IMG/VR virus record: IMGVR_UViG_3300032272_000007
Coordinates: 10,757 to 74,756 of that record
Reading direction: 5' to 3' (one strand)
DNA: 64,000 nucleotides
Source: a virus
Taxonomy: Duplodnaviria; Caudoviricetes
The translations under genes and the position numbers were made by a program. Below the pieces are notes generated by a model. That model saw nothing but the letters and a program-made list of their open reading frames with translations. It was not told where the DNA came from and did not search any database. Every line of letters begins with the position of its first letter. Positions within the stretch are counted from its first letter, which is position 1. Shown one piece after another: positions 57,501-64,000 of the stretch.

Positions 57501-59434
57501 TCACCTCCAGTTCGTTTGGTAAAAAGGTGCTGGGTAAGGGGATCAATAAAATCAAGGGTACCAGCAAATACAAGTATCAGGATAGGGTAAACCCAGCGCT
57601 ACAACTGATGGCCAACTACGACAAGGCCATGTATGATGTTGAAACCAATGACGCTCTATTGAAACTCTATAAATTGGTTCAAGACAACCCAGAACCGACA
57701 TATTGGGAGATCATTAAGCCAAGATATAAGGCATCCAAAAACATTGCGACAGGAGAGATTGAGCATGATATGGTTGTCTCACCAGAAGTAATAGAGAATT
57801 CAGTGAAAGTATTAGTTGAGGGCAAGCCAATCTATGTACACCTCAAAGATCCTCAGCTAAAAAATGTATTCAAAATCGCTGGAGGTAATTCAACTAACGA
57901 AGCAGGAAGAATGGTGGTCAGTTTCTTAATGGGTACCAATGCTTATTTCAGGTTTGTCTTCACCATGGGAAACATTGATTTTGCAGTTCCAAACTTTTTC
58001 CGTGACACCGGAGACGCTGTTGTCAATCTAAGTGAGCACGAGGTAAAGAACCTAAAAAGGAAAGTACTCAAGAGCATACCGCAGGCAATGAAGGGTATCC
58101 GTGATTTTGAAAAGGGAAACTATGATACGGAGTGGGCAAGATGGTACGGAGACATGAAAAAAAACGGGGGAGAGATCGCCTGGCTAAACTTCGTGAACGC
58201 TGAAAAACAATACAAAACCCTAGAAAGCGAGGTCAAGAGGTATCAGTCAGACCCTAGCTTGGCTCATAAGGCAGCTAACTACACAACAGCCATCCCGAGG
58301 ATGCTTTTAAGAACTGTGCTACTGACAAATAAGATGATCGAGATGAACCTACGTCTAAGCACGTACAAAACCCTCGTGCAGGCAGGCATCTCAAAAGAAC
58401 AAGCTGCAATTGCAGCTAAGAATGTTACCGTGAATTTCAACAAGCACGGTACATGGGGACCAGCAATGTCCGCTATCTGGTTATTCTCCGGAGCGCAGGT
58501 ACAGGGAGTTTCAAGACACCTCACAGCACTCTATCGATCTAAAGCAGCCAGAGCAACCGTATTAGGCTTTACGGCGGCTAACGTAGCTCTTAATGGGTTC
58601 AACGACTTAATGGATGATGATGATGAAATGGATAATCTGTTAACGGATTACGACAGGGAGAACAATCTGATTTTCTACAACCCATTCAACCCTACGGTTC
58701 CAATCACAATACCTATTTCATACAATTTGAAGATTTGGAAGGCTCTCGGAGATAATTCCTACCGTGTTTCCACAGGAAAGACCACTGCTAATGAGGCTAC
58801 AAAAAACATAGTCAACTCCATAGGGGAGACTTTAATTCCTTTCTGGCAAAACAAGGGGGTTCCAACCGTAGCGCAAATACCTGTTGAGATTGCTACAAAC
58901 ATCAAGTTGTATAATGGACAGCCAGTAGGTCCTACCAAGTGGGATCCAAGCAAGAAGGATAGCGAATTGTTCTATAAGAGCGCCAGACTATCCAGTGTGG
59001 GAGCTGCTAGTTTCCTTAGTGACCTTTTAGAGGGCAATGACGACATCTTGGAAATCAGTCCTAATACTATCGACCATGTATTGAACTGGGGACTGGGAGG
59101 TATGAAGTCCATCCTAAGTACTGGTGATGAGCTTTACAAAGTGATTAATGAGCCTGGAGACGGAAATACAGACTGGAATAAAATAGCCGTACTCAGGAGG
59201 TTTGTCGAGGACATGGAGGATCAGGAGTGGAGACATGGAGTTAAATACTGGGAAATCTACAACAAAGGGATGGTAGATAAGATTTCAGATGAAGAGAAGA
59301 AAAGAATAAATGAACTAGGTGATTACATGACCAAAAACTCACTAATAGACCGTAAAAAACACTTTTCTAACCTCAAGAAACTGTTTAAAGTGCAGTCTGA
59401 GGACTTCAATAATGGGAAGAATATTTACCAATAA
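48509..59434 (+). CDS. Giant polyvalent (DarB-like) virion protein: SF2 helicase, N6-adenine MTase, zincin-like peptidase, LPD38-like C-terminus
   Basis: GTGTGKT and YDESH helicase motifs; FFSTPEPL, LEPEGGWG, MNPPF MTase motifs; PIHEFAH (HExxH); NVTVNFNKHG...N...G.PV C-terminal pattern. Confidence 0.85.
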   Translation: MGKQKEKKPNNVMKELFSYLQESGSSDDLPDNIDVFQAQMDADTAISSNIYDFLNKSAKVNDLPETHIAFREGLGLTVKKKDDSPLDSPDGAPISTEDSEIISEEPIDQPSEEPGSEIKIDGIEDLGIDAPEGEPPSPVVNPEMAQQEKDFQPQIQRLITQPELDEQQIQQRASDPILSGIDNIVGSVQDKLFPVWEEAAQAAQAEAVKLIDIQFGEWVKKNPKANEKEQQIKYQELAAKFQEGPFKNRLKGIENQFNKTITKEIEETIEGFIGIEKWKQMEDGPNRLQTYLSQFTRTFYEIPGTLSKGYGILVGDENIQEFGTAWQNVVDEFHPSNPKYAEEIAAQLTHGLGQVTSLIFMGGVTGMGKTGTNLLLKKGAKDVANMSSKQILYESGKNMMKTLSSAPAVLGAMQMAVPEFEQAIQKGATDDQAFEVFVKNAIVGSVLEQAPILQFFKRLNQATAGGLKTWMLGKGKAAFKGGLEEGFTEYLQGVYANWTAKEVYDNSVKILDGVAGEGALGFGVGFIINAIGANIKIARQQNKGDEWIDKAEAHLEQKKTEFDPEATITKDPAVEKPNVIDLTESNAKSIQEKITKGDELSPHEQKEREQFETEGKEFTEPKPPKEVEEVDKVVEDPLESEEKQEKPEASDSEIDQEILGYKGGFIKDQKNILNTRIVDIKIDGDKVILNQGQSSFEKSMTKQEFLNMVDKKDPKFEITIARKSEIEQPPKAEKPKVKSVRKGPRKFPIPKRHQPAVDATPDTLRQSIMQSIIGGVRFETQRFKKETGRKIDGSVLGMVASKEKGGMDMDQFILNLKDEWDTHDEGEIRNEILDVINSYGSKEDMFNSLMDEIGVEGEAIADPDERALRKQEAEMANQALSQLSEEERQLLENSPEILPDSVFSLSDEEAQQLLDDNEAYEAYLKNLDNGTETASETSPESDQGQVEKTRQEETTSKEGVRKWIKDIPRRGKTEISLNPAEQKALKEINGTTTKSKLYLRGEKGLSNKYGDDTIQMLRDYELILFGADGNKFSAVSQVGREIADDITQEVKREDKGDRFLVPEELDTKKFRKTLNKIHDQWENDPTGELINDDDARKFITDTAKEKGFITGVERDGYGNERITFTKNEEQSPKKDKLAQKEEKIKDELADLWSQFGKAGANTANTGITPEQFELAAKIIAKSAELGFVKFEQIIEFVRDNIGENVLKENFDAFKAAYVANKVTENPENEDLNSIASQNPENFIKPKSNELPTTNNLEPDSTDGGSIDPVGKEDVSDRRGSDRRGTREGSRQDEKDGNERQSDTVISDDSDTTPGTQSNQKLSETERGERSTPNDRTTGDGRGSNPNSRQRILDGGEGRAESTKPDNKTLTKKERLKAQKAAESIEVVFNDPNNVRETLPLLFPEQQDDVIKIERRFSEDPTSTDPKKGILFTNGTGTGKTFTGLGAIKRFQKRGLNNILIVTKAKVTSVWQNEGKLFDIDINKLEGIKDRGKGVRVTSFENFRANESIKHEKFDLVIYDESHKLMNNKRGEGMATAQSHYTISNKDTSYAKKRLTDVHPLWMKKRDIEAKIEAESASRSSSDMMQSLYMDSLHREQALEEKRNKVMDEISLVEPGINEQAEEAAAHTKTIFLSATPFKFHFNLRYANGYLFDWGNETTNKNNSRGQARRLDAESRFFLENFSAAYDFQNHLQSRSDANPEAIAMQEMKFADRLMENGAMSGRKITSDFDYSRDFPIVSGFNADSFNQAYNDIYNFDTKEFDELRDGAKEVFGRYESALKLYEALRTAQSIPRIKEHLKLGRKVIVFHRRHKEGSQPPFEAILRHTEGQGRDYIDLGLDPEKGQKMLNQADLFRERYGDLLKYEQELNYRSTVNQITEAFGEDKVRFVNGLVKDKDGAVIDFNNDDSEAKIIVLHEDAGAEGISLHDTTGNSPRVIMSMSLPNSTTTTLQIEGRSYRIGNMSDAIYEYPILGLDAELAHFGQTMNKALSTTENLSLGSKGRDLLSSFARGIIVNSSTDAPSANQGKGGKDLDRKENDTKTAFENAKLEYATNLKGRKLDLGEDFFSTPEPLGQKMVEWLGLKASESMLEPEGGWGAIAMWAPKHSTLKVIEKSSKLVSMLQTRVNHGSRDIEQMAFEDYNKINKFHGVAMNPPFGHAGSLGWEHTIKGLGHLKMGGRLVSILPSSSALVKEGGKIEQWQESKDGREYAIRGKVKLPSVTFDQAGTKVNSFALIIDKVNWRDESIRNLSYQEFDLTHIKTVDEFFDAIEDMNFAERYQDETAQAQEEPTTRKAIDNLIDQSRKKRLQTSENTDGSATLGESTHEKTGAKQFLVKLGTRTEPDVFQAFKKKSKELGKGFWYRGKQAFIFHTLEDAEQFRNWVNNNEAKTDSHQFQISRGDGRTFKQMDIAARKIGKSELDGLVRRLKQALPSFKVHTSKRSFENAYQRYQEGNGDALFQKSSPNQMGMFASDPNMTEGLPETKRIEILNKLKEATKRINHLRKLPPSAKSNLVKEEVEWLQKDIIRLNNKLDDTLRADKAREGGDQQSLFQLGPDRTPAAFVYNDEIYINPELVRADTPIHEFAHIWLRLAKFKHQPLYKAGLSLVKNSIYHEQVKNDPYYSTLPIVDQLEEALAIAIGEKGALMENKNAFSKWISRLWTSMKVFFGAKTRLDIFNMSLDQFVKASAKDLLSGMEISQLSSLRIPETATMGLRTFKTSKDAWKDYQDRLEVNKLISSAPRSWIKARESGIRNIWNHFMQGIQDNTRQVAVVQEEIYNNFVKNLDKEIDAKNIPDDQKKALKKSVLSSRAKIKDVALKGKDVHSALDVKTGRIQNAQELMRRKFFGDHSIGTGMSIVDWLTKKTHKGAEILDADSESGILKKDGLTLLDVGFYAYVKHAKNFNERVHEISVKREDELEITDGSGMTDEQADLLMDKMEETGKIEALERAWKVMRDELVKKPLDLKLEKGIITPEQYETLTNPKIAGDFANTYVPLNVSPKAFTSSSFGKKVLGKGINKIKGTSKYKYQDRVNPALQLMANYDKAMYDVETNDALLKLYKLVQDNPEPTYWEIIKPRYKASKNIATGEIEHDMVVSPEVIENSVKVLVEGKPIYVHLKDPQLKNVFKIAGGNSTNEAGRMVVSFLMGTNAYFRFVFTMGNIDFAVPNFFRDTGDAVVNLSEHEVKNLKRKVLKSIPQAMKGIRDFEKGNYDTEWARWYGDMKKNGGEIAWLNFVNAEKQYKTLESEVKRYQSDPSLAHKAANYTTAIPRMLLRTVLLTNKMIEMNLRLSTYKTLVQAGISKEQAAIAAKNVTVNFNKHGTWGPAMSAIWLFSGAQVQGVSRHLTALYRSKAARATVLGFTAANVALNGFNDLMDDDDEMDNLLTDYDRENNLIFYNPFNPTVPITIPISYNLKIWKALGDNSYRVSTGKTTANEATKNIVNSIGETLIPFWQNKGVPTVAQIPVEIATNIKLYNGQPVGPTKWDPSKKDSELFYKSARLSSVGAASFLSDLLEGNDDILEISPNTIDHVLNWGLGGMKSILSTGDELYKVINEPGDGNTDWNKIAVLRRFVEDMEDQEWRHGVKYWEIYNKGMVDKISDEEKKRINELGDYMTKNSLIDRKKHFSNLKKLFKVQSEDFNNGKNIYQ
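51294..51389 (+). CDS. Candidate nested small basic ORF (+1 frame within the giant gene)
   Basis: MEQKPQVKLALKVIRDKLKKQDKKKPPPKKE after A-rich TTAAAAAATTTAGATA. Confidence 0.3.
   Translation: MEQKPQVKLALKVIRDKLKKQDKKKPPPKKE
52251..52634 (+). CDS. Candidate nested 127-aa helical protein (+1 frame within the giant gene)
   Basis: Natural globular composition; A-rich upstream region; host frame here is a low-complexity linker. Confidence 0.5.
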   Translation: MNSLPQTIWNQIAQMEDLSTQWAKKMFPIDEDQIDVELEKDHDRMKKTGMSDKAILSFQTIAILHLEHKAIRNFLKQSEENEALQMIALPETVEEVIQIAGKEYWMEEKDEQNLRSLITKHSLKKSA

Positions 59435-59454
59435 AATCAAACTATCTTTACATT

Positions 59455-60087
59455 ATGGACATAAATGTAGGTTACAAGCCCATCAGAGACGCTTACAAAA
59501 AGCTAGGGCATAGATTCTTTGCAAATGGTGACTACAATCTAAACATAGGAGGCATTCGATCGGAGAACAGCACCAGTGACAAGTTTGATGATCTCGTATT
59601 CGCGGTATACTTCATTGGAGGTAAGCCTCATTTTCACACGTGGCCAGCCACCACGGATCCCGGCAAGCACTGGTTACTAAATCCTTTTAGTAAAGATGGA
59701 ACCGCAATATTGGTTCCTGGACAACATCCCGGAGCATACAAATTAGGGATACACGGAAGAACTGGAAAATATCCGTACAAGGCGCTGGAGCAGGTAAAGC
59801 CGATGTCATACGTTCGAGATGATAACAGAGACCACATACTTGACTTTAACCTCTACAGGGATCCAGAACTGCTAATAAAGCACCTATTTAAAGCTGTGAT
59901 CAAAAGCAACATCCATCGAGCAAGTAAATGGAGGATCCTACAGTTGATAGGCAGATACTCTGCTGGATGTCAAGTGCTACAGAGTGCTGCAGATTTTGAT
60001 ATGTTGATATACCTAGCTGAGAAATCAGCAAAAACGTGGGGCAATTCGTTCACTTATACGTTATTTGAAGAAAGAGATTTCCAATGA
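59455..60087 (+). CDS. Putative endolysin, L,D-transpeptidase(YkuD)-like
   Basis: TTDPG...LVPGQ...NIHRA...YSAGCQV (His/Cys catalytic-type motif); start of the lysis module. Confidence 0.65.
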   Translation: MDINVGYKPIRDAYKKLGHRFFANGDYNLNIGGIRSENSTSDKFDDLVFAVYFIGGKPHFHTWPATTDPGKHWLLNPFSKDGTAILVPGQHPGAYKLGIHGRTGKYPYKALEQVKPMSYVRDDNRDHILDFNLYRDPELLIKHLFKAVIKSNIHRASKWRILQLIGRYSAGCQVLQSAADFDMLIYLAEKSAKTWGNSFTYTLFEERDFQ

Positions 60088-60821
60088 AAGATTTGAAAAC
60101 AAGAGACCTCATCTTGATGGGGATTATCGCGATTCTGGTAGTATTTATGTTTACGCAACGTGGCCAGAACAGTAAGCTAAAGAGGCTTGCTAACTCCAAT
60201 ACGGAGATTATCAACGAGAAGCAGGCGGAGATTCGTAGGATCCAGCTGGAAAACGGTCGACTGAAACAGGAGAAGCCAAGCGCACAGGGGGGTATATCCA
60301 AGAAGGAACTTGCTTTGATTGAGGAAAATTACCAAGAGGAGATTGAAGATCTGAAAAACAACCACAATGTTAAGGTTAGGGATCTTCATTCATACTACAA
60401 AGGAGAGCTTAGGACTGTGGGATCCGGAAGGGGACAAGTGAAAGATACCACTATCTTTCTGGGAGGAGAACCTGTTGACTTCGCTTATGTGAGTTTCTTT
60501 GATGAATACCTTGATTTTGCAGGGTGGTATCAAGCATCAATCGACTCAATGTTCGATTATCAATATACATACGAGGATGATCTATCGATCGTCTACCACT
60601 GGACGACAAAGGGTATATGGCCATTTAAGAGGAAGGATGAGTTACTGGTCAGCTTTAGCGCTAGTAATCCCAATACAATTCTAAATAATGCTACATCATT
60701 CTCTATCGTAGATAAGCGGAGGACACGGCTAACCATTGGTCCTTACATCGGGTATGATCCGTTCAATGCCTGGTCGGTGGGGTTGTCTATTCAGAAGCCG
60801 TTGATTCGGATCCGTTGGTAA
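60084..60821 (+). CDS. Spanin-like membrane-anchored coiled-coil protein
   Basis: N-terminal TM helix, coiled coil, coupled to the endolysin. Confidence 0.55.
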   Translation: MKDLKTRDLILMGIIAILVVFMFTQRGQNSKLKRLANSNTEIINEKQAEIRRIQLENGRLKQEKPSAQGGISKKELALIEENYQEEIEDLKNNHNVKVRDLHSYYKGELRTVGSGRGQVKDTTIFLGGEPVDFAYVSFFDEYLDFAGWYQASIDSMFDYQYTYEDDLSIVYHWTTKGIWPFKRKDELLVSFSASNPNTILNNATSFSIVDKRRTRLTIGPYIGYDPFNAWSVGLSIQKPLIRIRW

Positions 60822-60822
60822 T

Positions 60823-61155
60823 TCAATTTTCTCCAGCCTTTTTTCTTAGGCGGTAAATTTCATCATCCTTCATCTTCTTGATTTCCGTCTGGAGCTCGTC
60901 GTTTCTGGAAAGAAGGAAGCGGATAAATTTCAGCAAAATGTAGATTCCGGCCAATGATAAGGCCAGGGCCCCAAAGGGTCCAATAATTTGATCAACGATA
61001 CTGTCTGTTGTGGGAGTTTGTAGAAGGACGATGGACATTGACGCATTTACCATCGTTACGACGAGGAAGGACACTATGAAGGTTAATACTCGGACCATCA
61101 GGTTACGGTTCTTAATGCTTTCCATATACTTGGTATCAAGTGCTATTGCCTGCAT
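60823..61155 (-). CDS. Membrane protein (holin/antiholin-like), convergent with the lysis genes
   Basis: Two TM helices and a charged C-terminal coil. Confidence 0.5.
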   Translation of the reverse strand: MQAIALDTKYMESIKNRNLMVRVLTFIVSFLVVTMVNASMSIVLLQTPTTDSIVDQIIGPFGALALSLAGIYILLKFIRFLLSRNDELQTEIKKMKDDEIYRLRKKAGEN

Positions 61156-61258
61156 GGCGAGAGTGTCATTTGATAATAAAGGTATCTATCCCCATCTCTC
61201 AATCCAAATGCTGACTGAATTGTTTTCACTAAAATAGAGTACTGACGTGCTAGAAACA

Positions 61259-61288
61259 AAAAAAGCCCCTCTTGTGGAGGAGCTTTTT
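61259..61288. terminator. Bidirectional terminator
   Basis: AAAAAAGCCCCTC-TTGTG-GAGGAGCTTTTT. Confidence 0.6.
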
Positions 61289-61304
61289 ACGAATCTTGAC
61301 CACC

Positions 61305-61616
61305 CTAAGTGGCCCGAAAGGGGACTTCGTTTCCATACAAACCCTTTACACAAAGCAATTTCACTGAATTATAGTAGCCGACTGGGGCGGGATACTTTCC
61401 AAAGGATCGCACCACAAAGTCTATTGACACACTACCATCAAATGATAATTGCTCAGGGACATCTGAAACGATGTCAAAGGCAGGAGCATCCTGGTCAAGG
61501 GATACTACGCAGGAAACAAGATCTTCTTTATCGACTCCAGCGTTCGTAGGACTGGAGATCATCAGGCCAATGCCTAGCAAGAGCCCAAAGATTGTGATAA
61601 AAATTCTCGTCTTCAT
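61305..61616 (-). CDS. Secreted/membrane hypothetical protein
   Basis: Signal peptide MKTRIFITIFGLLLGIGLMISSPTNA. Confidence 0.55.
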   Translation of the reverse strand: MKTRIFITIFGLLLGIGLMISSPTNAGVDKEDLVSCVVSLDQDAPAFDIVSDVPEQLSFDGSVSIDFVVRSFGKYPAPVGYYNSVKLLCVKGLYGNEVPFRAT

Positions 61617-61636
61617 ATCAGTAATATAATAAAAGT

Positions 61637-61903
61637 CTACTTAATGGATTCGATCTCCGCTCTGAGGAAAGCGTACTTCTTCTGAAAGGAATCCAGTAAT
61701 TGGCCGATCTTCACCAAATCATAGTCCTCTGGGAGTTCTTTCATCTTCCGGAGAGTAGATGCGTAATCTAGTGCTGGAATTTTCTGTCCAATCTCTACAT
61801 TTCTACTACTATCTTCTCCAGACACAGCATTTAGTACCTCCTCTACCTCCTTTTTTGAGGCTGATATGATGAATCCGTGATCAGTTTTTGCAATAATGTT
61901 CAT
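61637..61903 (-). CDS. Hypothetical protein
   Basis: ORF. Confidence 0.55.
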   Translation of the reverse strand: MNIIAKTDHGFIISASKKEVEEVLNAVSGEDSSRNVEIGQKIPALDYASTLRKMKELPEDYDLVKIGQLLDSFQKKYAFLRAEIESIK

Positions 61904-62074
61904 TGTTATCGATTTATGTTTGAAAATTTATTTACTTATTCCAAAACCCATATTCGGGCTTGATGAACCTCCCGTTATCGTCTTTGGAGCCGTCCATTGT
62001 AAACTCTTCGACCCACTTAACGAATAATGGATGATGAAAAGCAGGGTAATCGTATTTGATCGAACCTCCCATCT

Positions 62075-62464
62075 TTAGAGGAGGCTTTGTAGATCATCTA
62101 GCCAAGTATCAAGAAGGTCGCTCACTCGACCAGCTGAATGAGCCTCATCTTTGATTTCTTTGATGTAATCAATATCCTTTTGGATCATAGCAGCAGAGTT
62201 TCGGTCCTCTTCGTTTATTCCATTGCCGTACCGATCCTTTAAATCGGTGGCCAGCTGAGGGATGTGGTCTTTTATCTTCTCAGAATACCGTAGTACTGCA
62301 GCCTTACATGCCTCAATGTGGTTTGGGTCGCTTCCGCCATCATCAAGGCGCAGGACAAAGTACTCGGATCCGTACTCAACGGGGCTTCCGTCAGCTTTTT
62401 CAATGCGATACCTCTGATGTAATCCATCAGGATTTTCGTCTTGTGTTGGGATTCTTCCTTCCAT
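62075..62464 (-). CDS. Conserved phage hypothetical protein
   Basis: GLHQRYRIEKADG...YFVLRLD...DP...A...Y pattern common in phages. Confidence 0.6.
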   Translation of the reverse strand: MEGRIPTQDENPDGLHQRYRIEKADGSPVEYGSEYFVLRLDDGGSDPNHIEACKAAVLRYSEKIKDHIPQLATDLKDRYGNGINEEDRNSAAMIQKDIDYIKEIKDEAHSAGRVSDLLDTWLDDLQSLL

Positions 62465-62466
62465 GA

Positions 62467-63261
62467 TTAAACTATTTTTGATTGTTGTTGAATTATTTTT
62501 GATTTAAACTCTTTAGGGATCTGTCTGATCATTAGTTCTGCTGGGATCTCCTGCACCTTATCAATTTGCTTGAAGAAGTACGGTACCTTTTGATCTGCGC
62601 AAATATTTCTCATTTTATGAGCCCATTCGATGTCAAACGGCCTCTTTCTGGGGCCACTCTCTCCGCCCTGAATGACCCACTTGATACCAGAAAGATCAAT
62701 ATTGTCAATAGATCCTACTTGAGGCTCGACAGAGAGAAACTTATTTCCATCGAACCGCATGTGATAAATGATGTTATCAGCAGTCTCTTGATCGGAGAGG
62801 GACGTTCCAAACCACACGTTTGAGGGAGGGGTCTCCTTCCATGATGAAGGAATTGCCCACGGTATCAACTCAGGACGTTTGGTCAGGAATAGAAAAATGA
62901 TGTTAGGATACAATCCAGCATCAATCTCTCGGAATAGATCCATTCGCATATTGTGGGTTGTCAACCAATTTCCACTAGGGTTGATCAGATCCTTACCTGC
63001 TTCAAATAGGTCCATCATTGATCCAATGAATACTCGAGTCCTTACTCCTGCCACTTCGGCTTCACATTGAACCTTCCAAAGTACCTTGAATGCGGACTTT
63101 ATACGCCTCCTACCAGCCTTCTCTCCCCAGAGGTCATTGTTGTACCTGGTATCGGAAAGAAACTCTGCATAGCAGTTCTTACAACCGGTGTGAACCTTCG
63201 CGCAACCCCACCAGAGGTTCACGGTATGGTCACACCATTCTATTTTGCTATTCTGTCCCAT
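62467..63261 (-). CDS. Phage Gp37/Gp68 (DUF5131) radical-SAM-like protein
   Basis: SKIEWCDHTVNLWWGCAKVHTGCKNCYAE...LTKRPE...FLSVEP...WVIQGGESG...VPYFFKQ. Confidence 0.9.
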   Translation of the reverse strand: MGQNSKIEWCDHTVNLWWGCAKVHTGCKNCYAEFLSDTRYNNDLWGEKAGRRRIKSAFKVLWKVQCEAEVAGVRTRVFIGSMMDLFEAGKDLINPSGNWLTTHNMRMDLFREIDAGLYPNIIFLFLTKRPELIPWAIPSSWKETPPSNVWFGTSLSDQETADNIIYHMRFDGNKFLSVEPQVGSIDNIDLSGIKWVIQGGESGPRKRPFDIEWAHKMRNICADQKVPYFFKQIDKVQEIPAELMIRQIPKEFKSKIIQQQSKIV

Positions 63262-63671
63262 TACCGCAAAAGTTTATCCATTTGGTGATTAGAGTACCCT
63301 GAATGATGAACAAATACATAGGGCTCATTCATGTTGTGGGCTTGGTATTTCAAATACTCATGAGCAGCTTCACTAGTAAGAAATACTGCTTTATACTCAT
63401 CAATATAGAATTGGGTGACTTCCTCTGGTCCTTCCATGTCCTCGTCTGATAACTTAAATTCAGGCTCATCTTCATAACTATCAATATATCCGCGCTCAGG
63501 CTCTTTCCCTTTGTGGTTGGTGGCTCCTAAGTATTCAGAGTGACCCTCACACGCCATATCCCGAAGAGAGTATACAAAGTAAATTGGATTGGTTGTGGCA
63601 AGGTTTTTACCGTCCTTGATCTCCTGTTCCCTGACAGGAAGAATCTCATTTTTAAGGTATTCTAAGTCCAT
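63261..63671 (-). CDS. Ead/Ea22-like protein
   Basis: NLATTNPIYFV...VFLTSEAAHEYLKYQAHN..EPYVFV...N.QM. Confidence 0.55.
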   Translation of the reverse strand: MDLEYLKNEILPVREQEIKDGKNLATTNPIYFVYSLRDMACEGHSEYLGATNHKGKEPERGYIDSYEDEPEFKLSDEDMEGPEEVTQFYIDEYKAVFLTSEAAHEYLKYQAHNMNEPYVFVHHSGYSNHQMDKLLR

Positions 63672-64000
63672 TTGTTTGAAGTTTGATTTAAAAATTCATT
63701 TATAGCAGTGGGATGTTCTGATCTCCAGTCAAGGTCTAAGTACCCCTCTTTCTCAAGGAAATGCCCAAATTCATCCAGTAATGTGAGATTATCTCCATTG
63801 GCTTTCAGATACTTAGCCATCAGATCACTGTAGTCCTTCCTCTTCTTATTATTTTTATCCCGTAGGTTTTTCAGCTGGAGTTTTTCTCCCGGGTCTAGCT
63901 TACCAACCTTGAAGCTGAGTAGCTCCTTGGTTAGCTCATTGACGCGATCCTGTAGGAGTTTATTTTCCTTTAGGATCACACTATTATGCAGCTTGGCCAA
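63662..64000 (-). CDS. Hypothetical coiled-coil protein (5' end outside the window)
   Basis: Open frame to the window edge. Confidence 0.55.
   Translation of the reverse strand: MAKLHNSVILKENKLLQDRVNELTKELLSFKVGKLDPGEKLQLKNLRDKNNKKRKDYSDLMAKYLKANGDNLTLLDEFGHFLEKEGYLDLDWRSEHPTAINEFLNQTSNKWT

Larger units (their letters stand above)
1..64000. mobile_element. Bacteroidota-infecting tailed phage genome segment (podovirus-like)
   Basis: Contiguous terminase-portal-scaffold-capsid-tail-lysis module plus phage recombination and early genes; no host housekeeping operons; TAnnTTTG promoters. Confidence 0.95.

Noticed and set aside
49136-58953. Many 60-180 aa minus-strand ORFs inside the giant and other structural genes
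   Set aside because: Antisense shadows with S/L/F-rich composition and no initiation signals
60177-60684. Nested Rz1-like o-spanin in the spanin-like gene
   Set aside because: The alternative-frame ORFs here have no lipobox or signal peptide
19053-60821. Stop-codon reassignment as in some crAss-like phages
   Set aside because: Long genes are intact in the standard code, TAG and TGA end real genes, and there is no suppressor tRNA
1-64000. CRISPR array or mini-array
   Set aside because: No run of equal-length repeats with unique spacers seen; the ACTTCAAAC copies are dispersed start-region motifs

Overview
The whole window is part of a dsDNA tailed bacteriophage (Caudoviricetes). It is most likely podovirus-like (nozzle and internal virion proteins, no tape measure) and infects a Bacteroidota host, judging from TAnnTTTG-type -7 promoter elements, A-rich start regions without Shine-Dalgarno sequences, and Bacteroidota-type signal peptides. 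Standard genetic code. Layout: (i) 1-18,990, mostly minus strand: recombination, modification, early and counter-defence genes (RecT, acyl carrier protein, tyrosine recombinase, DUF550, C5 methyltransferase, ASCH-like, RadC/JAB, Tad1-like, RyR-domain fusion, two tRNAs); (ii) 19,053-60,821, plus strand: GroES-like genes, terminase, portal, scaffold, major capsid, fibres, tail ring and nozzle, ejection proteins, a 3,641-aa DarB-like polyvalent protein, and lysis genes; (iii) 60,823-64,000, minus strand: early-type genes. Most interesting observations: (1) an ~80-nt promoter-to-terminator unit at ~19,889-19,970 on the late strand that is complementary to a conserved ACUUCAAAC...AUUAUG translation-start motif in front of at least seven minus-strand genes, a candidate multi-target 'early-off' sRNA; (2) apparent genes nested in the +1 frame of disordered linkers of the giant polyvalent gene; (3) an ~290-nt structured RNA with a potential kissing-loop pair behind an initiator-like tRNA-Met; (4) a Tad1-like sponge near an unexplained RyR-domain fusion; (5) a translationally coupled integrase-cupin-ACP-RecT operon. 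All family calls come from motif recognition by eye; no database search or folding program was run.
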